Shown: positions 22,678 to 33,535, counted from the first letter of the stretch. The stretch is 64,000 nucleotides of DNA from an uncultured delta proteobacterium (GCA_963803975.1 CAWDOY010000014.1:159882-223881); one strand, 5' to 3'. Program-made: numbers and translations. Notes: generated by a model not told the origin, from the sequence alone.

Positions 22678-23704
22678 GGTTATCATTGCTTCATTAAGGA
22701 AAAACGCCGGTAAAACCACCGTCATGGTTGGTTTAACAAAAGCGCTGAACAAAAAAATCGGCTATCTTAAACCGTTTGGCGACAGGCTGATTTACAATAA
22801 AAAACGGTTGTGGGATTATGACTCGGCCTTGATTACAAACATTTTTGCGCTCAGCGAAAACCCGGAAGATATGAGTATCGGCTTCGACCACTCAAAGCTG
22901 CGCTACATGTATGATGAGAAGATCACGCAGGAGAAGGTCACCGAGCTTGCCGCCAATATGGGGCAGGGTAAGGACATCCTGTTTGTTGAAGGCGGCAGGG
23001 ACCTGGCCTACGGCATTTCCGTATATCTTGATGCGCTGTCTTTGGCACGCTATGTCGGCGGGAACCTGGTGGTCGTTATCAGCGGGGATGAGAATACCAT
23101 CTTTGATGACATTACCTACATAAAGAAACATGTTGATGTGACCGGCATTAACTTTAAAGGCGTGATTATTAACAAAGTGCAGAACATGGATGACTTCAAA
23201 GAGACCTATCTTCCCCAGATCGAAAAAATCGGCGTTCCGGTGCTCGGGGTCATTCCCTATCAGAAAGACCTGACCTATTTTTCGGTCAATTACCTGAGCG
23301 AGCGCCTGTTTGCCAAAGTCATCACCGGAGAAGACCACCTCAAGCGCACGGTTAACAACATCTTTATCGGTGCCATGTCCGTTAATGCCGCGCTGCAGCA
23401 GCCGCTGCTGAAAAAAGAAGGCATCCTCATGATTACCGGCGGCGACCGGACGGATATGATTCTGGTGGCTATCGACTACCAGGCTGCGGGCATTATCCTC
23501 ACCAATAACGTGGTGCCGCCGTCACATATTGTTTCAAAAGCAACCGAGCGCAAAGTGCCCATGCTCCTGGTGCCCTACGACACCTACGAGACAGCCAAGC
23601 GGATTGACAGCATAGATCCGCTTCTGACCAAAGACGAAAAGCACAAGATCGAGCTGCTGGGAAAATTAATTCAAACGAATGTGGACATACAGAAAATAGT
23701 CTGA
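22670..23704 (+). CDS. Phosphotransacetylase N-terminal-like protein (BioD-like P-loop + DRTGG), no Pta catalytic domain
   Basis: NAGKTT, GYLKPFG, VEGG, GVIINKV, IGAM and ITGGDRTD. Overlaps the stop of the upstream synthetase. Confidence 0.88.
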   Translation: MNKVIIASLRKNAGKTTVMVGLTKALNKKIGYLKPFGDRLIYNKKRLWDYDSALITNIFALSENPEDMSIGFDHSKLRYMYDEKITQEKVTELAANMGQGKDILFVEGGRDLAYGISVYLDALSLARYVGGNLVVVISGDENTIFDDITYIKKHVDVTGINFKGVIINKVQNMDDFKETYLPQIEKIGVPVLGVIPYQKDLTYFSVNYLSERLFAKVITGEDHLKRTVNNIFIGAMSVNAALQQPLLKKEGILMITGGDRTDMILVAIDYQAAGIILTNNVVPPSHIVSKATERKVPMLLVPYDTYETAKRIDSIDPLLTKDEKHKIELLGKLIQTNVDIQKIV

Positions 23705-23724
23705 GAGATAAAAAAGCATTTCCC

Positions 23725-23763
23725 ATCCCCTCCTCTTGACGGGAGGGGATTAGGGGAGGGTGA
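23725..23763. repeat. REP-like GC hairpin
   Basis: ATCCCCTCC-TCTTGACG-GGAGGGGAT followed by TAGGGGAGGGTGA, intergenic. Confidence 0.55.
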
Positions 23764-23789
23764 GATATTAACTCCAAAAACCCCATGTA

Positions 23790-24630
23790 ATGCCTGCCTG
23801 TACAACTCAAATAAAGCTATCTCCCGCAGCCATCCGCTCATTCCGCCGGAAGCTTTACCGTTACTACCGGGACCATGGCCGCACCCTTCCCTGGCGCACC
23901 ACACGCAATCCCTACCATATCCTCATTTCAGAAGTAATGCTCCAGCAGACACAGGTGGACAGGGTCGTGCAGAAGTATAATGAGTTTATCGCTGCCTTTC
24001 CTGACTTTAAGACACTTGCCAGGGCACCGCTGAGAAAAATCCTGCAGGTGTGGCAGGGCATGGGCTACAACCGGCGGGCACTGTATTTGAAAAAAATAGC
24101 TGAAGAGGTGGTGGAGACGTTTAATGGCAGGCTTCCCAAAACAGTTGAGGAGTTAATGGGGCTTCCGGGGATTGGCAGAAATACCGCGTGTTCAATTACA
24201 GCTTTTGCCTTTAACCAGCCGGTAGCCTTCATTGAAACCAATATCCGCAGCGTCTTTCATCCATTTCTTTTTCAACGACCGGGTTGATGTGCATGACCGT
24301 GAAATTCTGCCCCTGGTAGAAAAGGCCCTTGACGAGAAGAATCCGCGGCAGTGGTACTCCGCGCTCATGGACTACGGGGTGATGCTGAAGAAGACCCATC
24401 CCAATCCTTCCCGCAAAAGTGCTCACCATCAGAGGCAGTCAAAGTTCGCAGGGTCGAACCGGCAGGTGCGGGGGATGATTATAAAGTTGCTGACTGAAAG
24501 TCCCCAACTCTCTGAAGAAGAGGTTATTAAAAAACTCCGAGTTTTTTCTGCTCGAATAAAAGAGAATTTTGTTCAGCTCATAAAGGAAGGGCTTATTAAA
24601 AAGAAGGGCCAAAAATTTATGATTGCCTGA
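23790..24630 (+). CDS. mutY: A/G-specific adenine glycosylase, short form; frameshift near 24258
   Basis: RTLPWR, SEVMLQQTQV, WQGMGYNRRA, HhH LPGIG, IETNIR and ALMDYG. Confidence 0.88.
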
Positions 24631-25073
24631 GGATTATAAAAGCCACTCACCAACCAGAATCTCTTTTAATAGTGAATCAATGCTTTTATCAGCCCTTGCC
24701 CTGCGACTATTGCGGAGATGAAGCCACACAGATCCCTCAGGTAGTCTAAAACCTTTTTCTATTTCTTTCTCTCCCGTGGAAAAGGCTGCAGCTCTACGGA
24801 GAGAATAAGTGCGACGACAAGGATCTGCTTTAGAATTTTTTCTTGATGGCCTTTTCCCCTCCTTTTGGATCTTTTAAGCTTTCTTTTATTTTAACTATAG
24901 GTCAAGGGCTTTTTCTCTTCAAAACGCTTTGTTCAAACACTTCAACTATTATTTTAGACCAATCTGCATTTTTCAAAAATTCTGATTCTTCCTTGGTAAT
25001 ACTGTTGCATAACTGGTAAATTCAAAAAGTGATTTTTTTATGCTATAACCGTTTGGTATAAGGAGTGGCAGGC

Positions 25074-25613
25074 ATGCAGGTAACAATACATACTACAACC
25101 ATATTTTTGTGTCAGGGTGATATCACTGCACAACGCGTTGATGCTATGGTAAATGCGGCAAACGCTCGGCTTGCCGGTGGCGGAGGTGTTGATGGGGCAA
25201 TTCACCGCGCTGGCGGCCCTGCCATTATGGACGCTTGTAGAAAAATCGGCGGCTGTCCCGCGGGTAGCGCAGTAATTACAACCGGGGGCAATCTGCCTGC
25301 CCCCCATGTTATTCACGCTGTAGGCCCGGTTTATTGCAACGGGTCATCAGGAGAGCCCGAGCTTTTGAAAAGTGTCTATAAAAGCTGTCTGAATCTTGCA
25401 GAAAAGAACCATATTAAATCAATCGCGTTTCCCTCAATCAGCACCGGAGCCTATGGCTATCCGATAGCTGAAGCAGCGCATATTGCTCTCTCTACGGTTC
25501 TTGAACATGTAACGGGCTCAACCGGGATTGCGCGGGTAGTGTTTGTTCTCTTCAGCAGCCCGGACTTTGATGTCTATCAATCTCTTCTTGAAAAGATGAC
25601 AAAACACGGCTAA
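25074..25613 (+). CDS. Macro-domain O-acetyl-ADP-ribose deacetylase
   Basis: GDIT, VNAAN, GGGGVDGAIH, VIHAVGP and AFPSISTGAYGYP. Confidence 0.95.
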   Translation: MQVTIHTTTIFLCQGDITAQRVDAMVNAANARLAGGGGVDGAIHRAGGPAIMDACRKIGGCPAGSAVITTGGNLPAPHVIHAVGPVYCNGSSGEPELLKSVYKSCLNLAEKNHIKSIAFPSISTGAYGYPIAEAAHIALSTVLEHVTGSTGIARVVFVLFSSPDFDVYQSLLEKMTKHG

Positions 25614-25664
25614 TAGTTTAAGTTTGGATAGTTTATTATCCTTAATAAAAACAGGAGGATTTGT

Positions 25665-26513
25665 ATGTGGGATTATACAGATAAAGTAAAGGACCATTTT
25701 TACAATCCACGCAATGTGGGTCAAATTGAAAAGCCCGATGGTGTCGGCGAAGAAGGTTCTCTTGCCTGTGGAGATTCATTGCGGCTCATGTTTAAACTCG
25801 ATAAAAACGGGCGCATAACAGAGGCAAAGTTTCAGACCTTTGGCTGTGGCAGTGCGATTGCTTCAGCCTCTGCCCTTACGGAAATGATTCTCGGCAAGAC
25901 CCTGGAAGAAGCGGAAAAAATTACCAATCAGGATATTGCTGATTATCTTGGAGGGCTGCCGGTTGAGAAGATGCACTGCTCTGTAATGGGCCGGGAAGCT
26001 CTTGAAGCAGCCATTGCCAATTCCCGGGGCGAAGATGTAGAGGCACTCCGGGCCCGCAAGGGACACGTGGTATGTGAATGCTTTGGCGTTACTGATAATG
26101 AAATTGTGCGGGTGATTAAGGAAAGTCGTTTAAAGACGGTCGAAGAAGTGACCAACTTTACTAAAGCTGGCGGCGGCTGCCGGCGCTGTCATCCGCAGAT
26201 TGAGAATCTCATTGCCGGCGTTATCGGCATTGAGCAGAAGCAGGAAGCAGCGCAGCCGGCCGGGAAAAAGATGAGCAATATCCAAAAAATAAAACTGATT
26301 GAAGAAACCCTGGAAAATGAAATTAAACCTATGCTTCGTGCTGACGGCGGCGACATTGAACTGATTGATATTGAAGGAGACCGGGTCATGGTAGCCCTGC
26401 GCGGTATGTGTTCATCCTGCCCCAGCTCCCAGCTCACCCTGAAACAATATGTAGAGTCAAAGCTGCGCGAATTCGTTTCAGAAGATATTATCGTTGAGGA
26501 GGCCAAACCATGA
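25665..26513 (+). CDS. nifU: Fe-S cluster assembly scaffold NifU (three-domain)
   Basis: ACGD, FGCGSAIAS and KMHCS; central CECFGV and GGGCRRC; C-terminal DGGDIEL and GMCSSC. Confidence 0.96.
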   Translation: MWDYTDKVKDHFYNPRNVGQIEKPDGVGEEGSLACGDSLRLMFKLDKNGRITEAKFQTFGCGSAIASASALTEMILGKTLEEAEKITNQDIADYLGGLPVEKMHCSVMGREALEAAIANSRGEDVEALRARKGHVVCECFGVTDNEIVRVIKESRLKTVEEVTNFTKAGGGCRRCHPQIENLIAGVIGIEQKQEAAQPAGKKMSNIQKIKLIEETLENEIKPMLRADGGDIELIDIEGDRVMVALRGMCSSCPSSQLTLKQYVESKLREFVSEDIIVEEAKP

Positions 26514-27692
26514 CCATACGCACCGTCTATGCGGATAATAATGCCACGACCCGGGTAGCCCCTGAAGTGCTCGAGGCAATGCTGCCCTTTTTTAAGGAGC
26601 AGTTCGGCAATCCATCGAGCATGCATTACCTGGCAAAACCTGCTGAACAGGCGATAACAAAAGCGCGGGAGCAGGTTGCCTGCCTGCTTAATGCAGACCC
26701 TTCTGAAATAGTGTTCACCTCATGCGGAACAGAAAGTGATAATGCAGCAATTCGCGGCGTGCTGGCTGCACTGCCTCATAAAAAACATATCATAACAACC
26801 CGGGTTGAACATCCGGCGGTGAGAAATGTCTGCCAGTACCTGGGAAAAAACGGCTACCGGGTTACGGAGCTCTCCGTAGACAAAACGGGACAGATAGACC
26901 TCGATGAATTGCGCGAAACGCTGGATGATGACACAGCGCTGGTGAGCATCATGTGGGCAAATAATGAGACCGGCGTAATCTTTCCTGTCAGAGAGATAGC
27001 AGACATGGTGAAAAGCAGGGGCGCACTTTTACATTGTGATGCAGTACAGGCAGCCGGCAAGCTTCCCATTGATTTAAGGACTGTTAATGTCGACCTGCTT
27101 TCTATTTCAGGACACAAGCTGCATGCCCCCAAGGGCATCGGCGTGCTCTACATCAGAAAGGGAACCTATTTTTCCCCGCTTATGATCGGGGGCCATCAGG
27201 AAAAGGGGCGTCGCGCGGGAACCGAAAATGTTCCCTATATTGTGGGGCTCGGGAAAGCCTGCGAACTGGCGCTTGAGCAAATGGAAGACGAGCAGACCCG
27301 GGTTAAATCTTTGCGTGATCGGCTGGAACAGGAACTGCTGGAAAAGGCCCTTGATGCCTCGGTGAATGGTGACCCCGCGAATCGTCTGCCCAAACACCAC
27401 CAGCATCAGTTTTAAATATATTGAGGGAGAAGCAATTCTTTTAATGCTCAGCGCTGAAGGCATTGCTGCTTCCTCGGGATCCGCCTGCACGTCGGGTTCG
27501 CTTGAGCCGTCCCATGTGCTGCGAGCCATGGGGGTCCCGTTTACACGGGTACATGGCTCCATTCGCTTCAGCCTGAGCCGCTACAATTCTGATGAAGATA
27601 TTACCTATATAGTAGAAAAAATGGTGCCCATAGCACGCCGGCTGAGGGAAATATCACCGTTTGGACGGGACGAGCTGTATGCCGCAAAATAA
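26510..27692 (+). CDS. nifS: Cysteine desulfurase; frameshift near 27392
   Basis: DNNATT, GNPSS, ANNETG and SGHKLH; the catalytic SSGSACTSG lies in the second frame. Confidence 0.95.
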
Positions 27693-28617
27693 ACTTGCCC
27701 AGATTATAGAAAAAATCCTGGATACCTATCAGGATGATAAGGGTATAAACCACCTCGAAGGCCCTAACCTGCCCGCGCGTGAGGCGGTGGAAGAGATAGT
27801 GGTAGATCTGCTGAATGTTATTTTCCCGGGATACTATGAAAAGCTTGAGATCAGCAGGGAAGAAGTGAGCCTTTACATTTGGGAGCGAATCGTTTCCACC
27901 TACCATAATCTATCCCGAGAAATTACCAAGAGCCTCAAAACAATCGCTGAAATGGAAAAGAAGACCGACGATGAGCTCACGACTATAGCGGTGCAGAAGA
28001 CGCTTGCCTTCCTGCTGCGGCTCCCGCATGTGCGTAAAAAACTGACCGGGGATGTTGGTGCGGCCTATGACGGGGATCCGGCGGCAAAAAGCTTTGATGA
28101 GATAATTCTCTGCTATCCGGGTCTGGCAGCAATTGCCGTTTACCGTGTTGCCCACGAGCTGTATATGCTGGAGATCCCCCTCATTCCCCGGATCATGGCT
28201 GAGTTTGCCCACAGCAAAACAGGTATCGACATTCACCCGGGGGCCTCCATTGGAGACAATTTTTTTATCGACCACGGCACCGGCGTGGTGATTGGCGAAA
28301 CCTCGGTTATTGGGAATGCGGTCCGTATTTATCAGGGGGTTACCCTGGGGGCGCTCTCCTTTAAAAAGGATAAAGATGGCCGGGTCATGAAAGGCGGCAA
28401 GAGACATCCCACCATAGACGACAATGTAGTGATTTATGCCGGAGCAACAATACTGGGCGGAGAAACAGTGGTGGGGAAGAATTCAATCATTGGTGGAAAT
28501 GTCTGGCTGCTGGAATCTGTCCCCCCGAATACTACGATTACCCATCAGTCGCCAAAACTCATTTATAAGGAACTCGGGGGGGGACCTGCAGAAGAAGTAT
28601 ATATGTATTATATATAA
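27679..28617 (+). CDS. cysE: Serine O-acetyltransferase
   Basis: GDPAAKS, YPG, GIDIHPGA, IDHGTGVVIGET, YQGVTLG and KRHPTI. Confidence 0.93.
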   Translation: MPQNKLAQIIEKILDTYQDDKGINHLEGPNLPAREAVEEIVVDLLNVIFPGYYEKLEISREEVSLYIWERIVSTYHNLSREITKSLKTIAEMEKKTDDELTTIAVQKTLAFLLRLPHVRKKLTGDVGAAYDGDPAAKSFDEIILCYPGLAAIAVYRVAHELYMLEIPLIPRIMAEFAHSKTGIDIHPGASIGDNFFIDHGTGVVIGETSVIGNAVRIYQGVTLGALSFKKDKDGRVMKGGKRHPTIDDNVVIYAGATILGGETVVGKNSIIGGNVWLLESVPPNTTITHQSPKLIYKELGGGPAEEVYMYYI

Positions 28618-28627
28618 AAAGTCATTA

Positions 28628-29840
28628 TCAACCGCCGACGGCCCCTGCCATCTTAAATATGGGCAGATACATGGCAGCAAGCATCGTACCTACGGTGCCG
28701 CCCAGAAAAACCATCATAAAAGGCTCTATAAGTGAAGTGAGTGCCTCCACCGCCGCATCCACTTCGTCATCATAAAAATCAGCAATCTTGATGAGCATTG
28801 CATCAAGCGCGCCGGTCGACTCGCCAACTGAAACCATCTGGCACACCATACTGGGAAAGACCCCGCTTTTAGAGAGCGGTTCTGCAATTGTTTTTCCCTC
28901 GCTGATACTTAGCCTTTGTAGCCATGATAGCCTCTTCCACAATTCTGTTGCCCGCTGTTTTAGCGACAATATCCAACCCGTCGAGGATTGGCACGCCGCT
29001 GGTTATCATGGTGCCGAGGGTTCTGGTAATTTTTGCCACCGCAACTTTTCTCAGAAGCAAGCCGAAAATGGGCAGCTTCAGTGCAAGCCGGTCGAAAAAA
29101 TACTCTCCCTTATCGGTAGCCCTGATCCTATTAAATGCAACCACGATGCCGACAACAATAGCTATCAGATATAAGAAGTTTCTCCGCAAAAAAGCGCTCA
29201 AATCCACCACCCCTTGAGTGAGTGCGGGAAGTTGACCGCCCAGGCTGCTGAACATTTCCTGGAACACCGGAATAACAAAGACCAGCATCACGATAACGAC
29301 CACCGCAGCAATAATTAAAATGGTCACCGGGTAGACCAGGGCGCTCTTAACCTTTGCCTTCAGTTTTTCATTTTTTTCAATGTAGGTTGCGAGCCTCTGC
29401 AATATGGTATCAAGCACGCCACCCAGCTCACCTGCGGCAACTAAACTGGTGTACAGGTTATCAAATACTTTGGGATGCTTTTTGAGGGCATCGGCAAAGG
29501 TTGCACCTGCTTCAACGTCTGTTTTTATTTGGAGGAGGATTTTTTGGAACGTTTTATTTGGTTCCTGATTGGCAAGTATTTCAAGCCCCTGGATTAAGGG
29601 GAGCCCGGCATCGATCATGGTTGACAGCTGCCGGGTAAAGAGAACCAAATCTTTTGCCGTTACCTTTGGTTGTAGCAAGGCGATATTTGCTAAAATATCC
29701 TTGGGCTTTTCCTTGATGCGCCCCAGCTGGATATTCTGTTTTCTGAGCAGCAGGCGGGCTGCCGCTTCATTGGCTGCCTCGACAGACCCTTTTTGCTGTC
29801 CTCCCTGGGAAGATTTCCCCTCCCATACATATACTGTCAT
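28628..29840 (-). CDS. pilC: Type IV pilus platform protein; frameshift near 28910
   Basis: FTRQLSTMIDAGLP, AGELGGVLD and ALVYP; C-terminal VGESTGALD...LIEP...YLPIF in the second frame. Confidence 0.95.
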
Positions 29841-29979
29841 GTGGTGTTTCCTCTTCTCGCTGATTACTCTGCGAGTGGCAAAGAGCCACCAGAGTTTGAA
29901 TGGTGCTTTAAGTTACTTTCGGCATAATACCAGAAATAATTAATTAAATTTAATTAAATCACGTGCCCCGAAACAGGGC

Positions 29980-31686
29980 TTAATCATCACGCACCGTTGT
30001 TTTCAGTACCTCTTCTAACGAGGTCACCCCTCCCAGCAGTTTTGAGATACCGCTGCGGCGCAGGGTTTGAAGGCCCTGGTGTATCGCTTCTCGTTTAATA
30101 TCAATGGCCGATGCACCTTGCAGAATGAGCTCCTTAATTGGTTCAGAAATAGGCATAACTTCATAGAGGGCAAGGCGCCCTTTATATCCGGTATTGTTAC
30201 AGATATCGCAGCCCTTGCCTTTGTAAAAAGTAATATCCTTGTACTGTTCATATTCTTCTTTTTGCACGCCCAACTTGACAAAGGATTCGGGTGATATAGT
30301 AACCGGTTCTTTGCATTCCTGGCATATTTTACGAACCAGCCGCTGGGCCAAAATAAGATTAGTGGCAGAAGATACCAGAAAAGGTTCAATACCCATATTG
30401 AGAAGACGGTTGACCGTGCTGGGGGCGTCGTTGGTGTGCAGTGTGCTTAAGACAAGGTGTCCGGTAAGAGCCGCTTTTATGGCAATTTCAGCTGTTTCAA
30501 AGTCGCGGATTTCTCCCACTAAAATTATATCAGGATCCTGGCGTAAAAATGATCTGAGGGCATTCGCAAAGGTCAGGCCAATCTCTTCATGAATCTGCAC
30601 CTGATTAATGCCGGCAAGATTAAATTCCACCGGATCCTCTGCGGTAGAAATGTTTTCGGTTGTTTTGTTAAGCTCACTGAGGGCAGAATAGAGCGTGGTG
30701 GTCTTGCCGCTGCCCGTTGGGCCTGTGACCAGTACTATCCCGAAGGGTCTATAGATGGCCTCTCGGAAGTGCCCCAGCTGTTCGTCCATAAACCCCAGCT
30801 TGGTCATATCAAGCTGCAGGTTTGATTTATCCAGAAGTCTCAGAACAACCTTTTCACCAAAAAGGGTCGGGAGAACAGAAACCCGGAAATCCATTTCCGT
30901 GTCTTTGCCCATTTTCAACTTGATGCGTCCATCTTGAGGGAGGCGGCGTTCCGCTATGTCGAGGCGTGCCATTATTTTAAGGCGGGAAATCATAGCATTT
31001 TTCATTTTAAGCGGTGGTTTCATCATTTCATAGAGGGTTCCATCCATGCGGAACCGGATCCTGAAGGATTTCTCATAGGGCTCAACATGAATATCGCTGG
31101 CACGCTTTTTAATCGCATCAGTTAAAATAGCATTAACCAGCTTTATTACGGGAGCATCTTCGCTTGCCTCCTTGAGATTGCTTATGTTAACCGTTTCTTC
31201 TTCACCGATATATTCAACACCCTCAGTTTCCATCCCCTCTAAAAGCGTATCAAGGCCCTTTGTAGTTCCGTAGTGCATGTCAAGCGCCTGCTTCATGGAC
31301 GATTCTGAAGCGACGAGCGCTTCAATACGATAGCCAGTGAGAAATTTAATATCATCGATGGCAAAAATGTTGGATGGATCAACCATAGCAACGATCAGGG
31401 TGGTATCCCGCAAGGAGACGGGTATGACTTGATATTTAATCGCCACATCGGTAGGGATAATTTTAATAACTTCAGGGTGAATTGCTATTTCAGTAAGATT
31501 AACCGAGGGCATGCCATACTGTTTACTTAAAAAACGGACCAGATCAAGCTCTTTAATAAACCCCAGCTTTATAAGGCTTTCACCAAGCCGCCCCCCTGAA
31601 GCCTTCTGGTCTTCAAGGGCTTTTGCGAGTTGCTGGTTAGAAATAGTGTTATTTCTAACCAGAAGTTCGCCCAGTTTTTCTGGCAT
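29980..31686 (-). CDS. pilB: Type IV-A pilus assembly ATPase
   Basis: ASDIHVEP, RLPQDGR, GPTGSGKTT, LRQDPDIILVGEIRD, TLHTND and CxxC pairs. Confidence 0.97.
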   Translation of the reverse strand: MPEKLGELLVRNNTISNQQLAKALEDQKASGGRLGESLIKLGFIKELDLVRFLSKQYGMPSVNLTEIAIHPEVIKIIPTDVAIKYQVIPVSLRDTTLIVAMVDPSNIFAIDDIKFLTGYRIEALVASESSMKQALDMHYGTTKGLDTLLEGMETEGVEYIGEEETVNISNLKEASEDAPVIKLVNAILTDAIKKRASDIHVEPYEKSFRIRFRMDGTLYEMMKPPLKMKNAMISRLKIMARLDIAERRLPQDGRIKLKMGKDTEMDFRVSVLPTLFGEKVVLRLLDKSNLQLDMTKLGFMDEQLGHFREAIYRPFGIVLVTGPTGSGKTTTLYSALSELNKTTENISTAEDPVEFNLAGINQVQIHEEIGLTFANALRSFLRQDPDIILVGEIRDFETAEIAIKAALTGHLVLSTLHTNDAPSTVNRLLNMGIEPFLVSSATNLILAQRLVRKICQECKEPVTISPESFVKLGVQKEEYEQYKDITFYKGKGCDICNNTGYKGRLALYEVMPISEPIKELILQGASAIDIKREAIHQGLQTLRRSGISKLLGGVTSLEEVLKTTVRDD

Positions 31687-31940
31687 AAAAGACCCTTCGA
31701 GATAAGTTCTTTTTATTGCTTATTTTTCGCACACTTCGTGGCTAGCATTATTATTAATTTCAAATAATTTGTAAAGAGTTTTTCTTGTTGAATAATCTTG
31801 ACTTTTTTTTTATTAACCTTTAGTTTAAGTTTTTTACCAAACAGTCGATTTATTGGCTGGGGCAAAAAATCTGTCTGATATTATATCATAATCAACGCGT
31901 GCGTTACCTAATTGCCTGCGTCGCCTAAAAAAGTCATTTC

Positions 31941-32921
31941 ATGAAAAAAAATATTATTATTGGCTGCATTATAAGTGCCATCTTTATTTTTCTTGCCGTG
32001 CGAGGAATAAACTTTTCAGATGTCATGAAAAGTTTTCGCTCGGCAAACTACCTCTATGTTATACCCATTGAACTTCTAATGGTTCTGGTTCTCTATATGC
32101 GCGCTTATCGCTGGGGCATCATTTTAGAGCCTCGCGTAAAATATCCTCAGTGGCCCCTGTTTGTTATTACTGCCATAGGGTTTATGACCATTTCGCTTCT
32201 TCCGGCACGGCTGGGAGAGTTTACCCGGCCGCTTCTGGTGAAGCAGAAAAGCGGGATTCGCATCTCCTCAACGATGGCAACCATTGTAGTGGAGCGGGTA
32301 TTTGACTTGCTGACGCTGATGGTTGTTCTGTGCCTCGTCATTCTTACCATTTCTCTTCCCCCGCAAATATTCAAAACGGGCGTGATAATACTGGCAATGG
32401 TGCTGGTTATTTTTGTTGTTTTGTTGCTGTTAGTTATAAAAAAAGATTTTTCTCTGAGAATCATCAATCCCCTCCTTGATAAACTGCCTGCCAGGATTGG
32501 AGCCATCATAAAAAATCAGCTTCATGCCTTTATTGAGGGATTGGAAATTCTTCCTGACGTACAAAAGACACTGAATGTGGCGCTGCTTTCCGTTGCTATC
32601 TGGGGTCTGCTCGCCTTTTCGTGCTACCTTATGTTTTTTTCCTTTGGTTTTAAACTCTCAATGATCAATGCTCTAGCACTTACCGTAATCATTGCAATTG
32701 GGGTAATGCTTCCTGCAGCTCCGGGTTTTGTCGGAAACTATCACTACGCCTGTGTGCTGGGACTCACGTTCTTTGGGATTGGGGAAGCAGCGGCTCTCAG
32801 TTACGCTATTGCCCTTCATTTCTTACAACTGATGCCGGTGATAATCATAGGGCTGGGATTTTTACCGTCCCAAAAGATATCACTGCCAAGCTTTTTTAGA
32901 AGGGAAGAAGCGGGATTATAG
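31941..32921 (+). CDS. Lysylphosphatidylglycerol synthase TM-domain / flippase-like protein (UPF0104)
   Basis: RAYRW, LPARLGEFTR, VERVFD and PAAPGFVG motifs; multi-TM. Confidence 0.88.
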   Translation: MKKNIIIGCIISAIFIFLAVRGINFSDVMKSFRSANYLYVIPIELLMVLVLYMRAYRWGIILEPRVKYPQWPLFVITAIGFMTISLLPARLGEFTRPLLVKQKSGIRISSTMATIVVERVFDLLTLMVVLCLVILTISLPPQIFKTGVIILAMVLVIFVVLLLLVIKKDFSLRIINPLLDKLPARIGAIIKNQLHAFIEGLEILPDVQKTLNVALLSVAIWGLLAFSCYLMFFSFGFKLSMINALALTVIIAIGVMLPAAPGFVGNYHYACVLGLTFFGIGEAAALSYAIALHFLQLMPVIIIGLGFLPSQKISLPSFFRREEAGL

Positions 32922-33014
32922 AAAAAGAACTCCAAGAATAAGGAGGGAAACCGAAACAACCGATAACTCCAGAATAATTAAAAAATACTCCAAGCTGTAT
33001 GCAAAGGTATCATC

Positions 33015-33317
33015 TTAGTCTTCAGCTTTTGGTGGTTTTGTCGATTCTTCTTTTGTTGATGCTGTAGTATCCGCGGCCTTTGACTCATCTGGTTTTTTTT
33101 CACCCCCCTTGGTACTGCTGCTTGTTGCAGTACTATCTTTTCTGCCATAGTCCGTAATATACCATCCGGTTCCCTTAAGCTGAAATGAGCAGTTTGATAT
33201 AAGTTTGGTGACCTTCCCGGAACAATAGTTGCATTTTTCCAATTGTTCATCTTTGAAGCTTTGAAAAACTTCAAAGATTTTTCCGCACTCCGTGCACTGA
33301 TATTCATAAATCGGCAA
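33015..33317 (-). CDS. FmdB family zinc-ribbon protein
   Basis: [11 protein letters not shown]...CNYC...[16 protein letters not shown] start with AGGAGG RBS. Confidence 0.92.
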   Translation of the reverse strand: MPIYEYQCTECGKIFEVFQSFKDEQLEKCNYCSGKVTKLISNCSFQLKGTGWYITDYGRKDSTATSSSTKGGEKKPDESKAADTTASTKEESTKPPKAED

Positions 33318-33535
33318 TTTTTCATCCTCCTGTGCAAGCGCTGCTCGTGTTAGATATATATAATCATCACCGCAAGAATTGTCAATAAGTCGTCAGGGGA
33401 GCCTGGCTATAGTACGTTAGAGCTTCGATTCGCAAATGCGGTGACGTATGGGATTCAAAGAAATGCCTTGCAATGCTCACTCAGCACTAAGTCCTGAAAG
33501 AGTAAATTCGAAATCGAATTTATGAATCGCAGGAC

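Noticed and set aside
22670..23704. BioD-like domain as the missing dethiobiotin synthase
   Set aside because: It carries a DRTGG domain and is coupled to the acyl-CoA synthetase, which fits the Pta-N family.
24631..25050. Intergenic stretch with an RBS-like AAGGAGG on the minus strand
   Set aside because: No ATG or sustained ORF follows, and no recognisable RNA motif.
29841..29979. Cyclic dinucleotide (GEMM) riboswitch upstream of pilC
   Set aside because: The required GNRA/receptor and P1-P2 pattern could not be found by eye.
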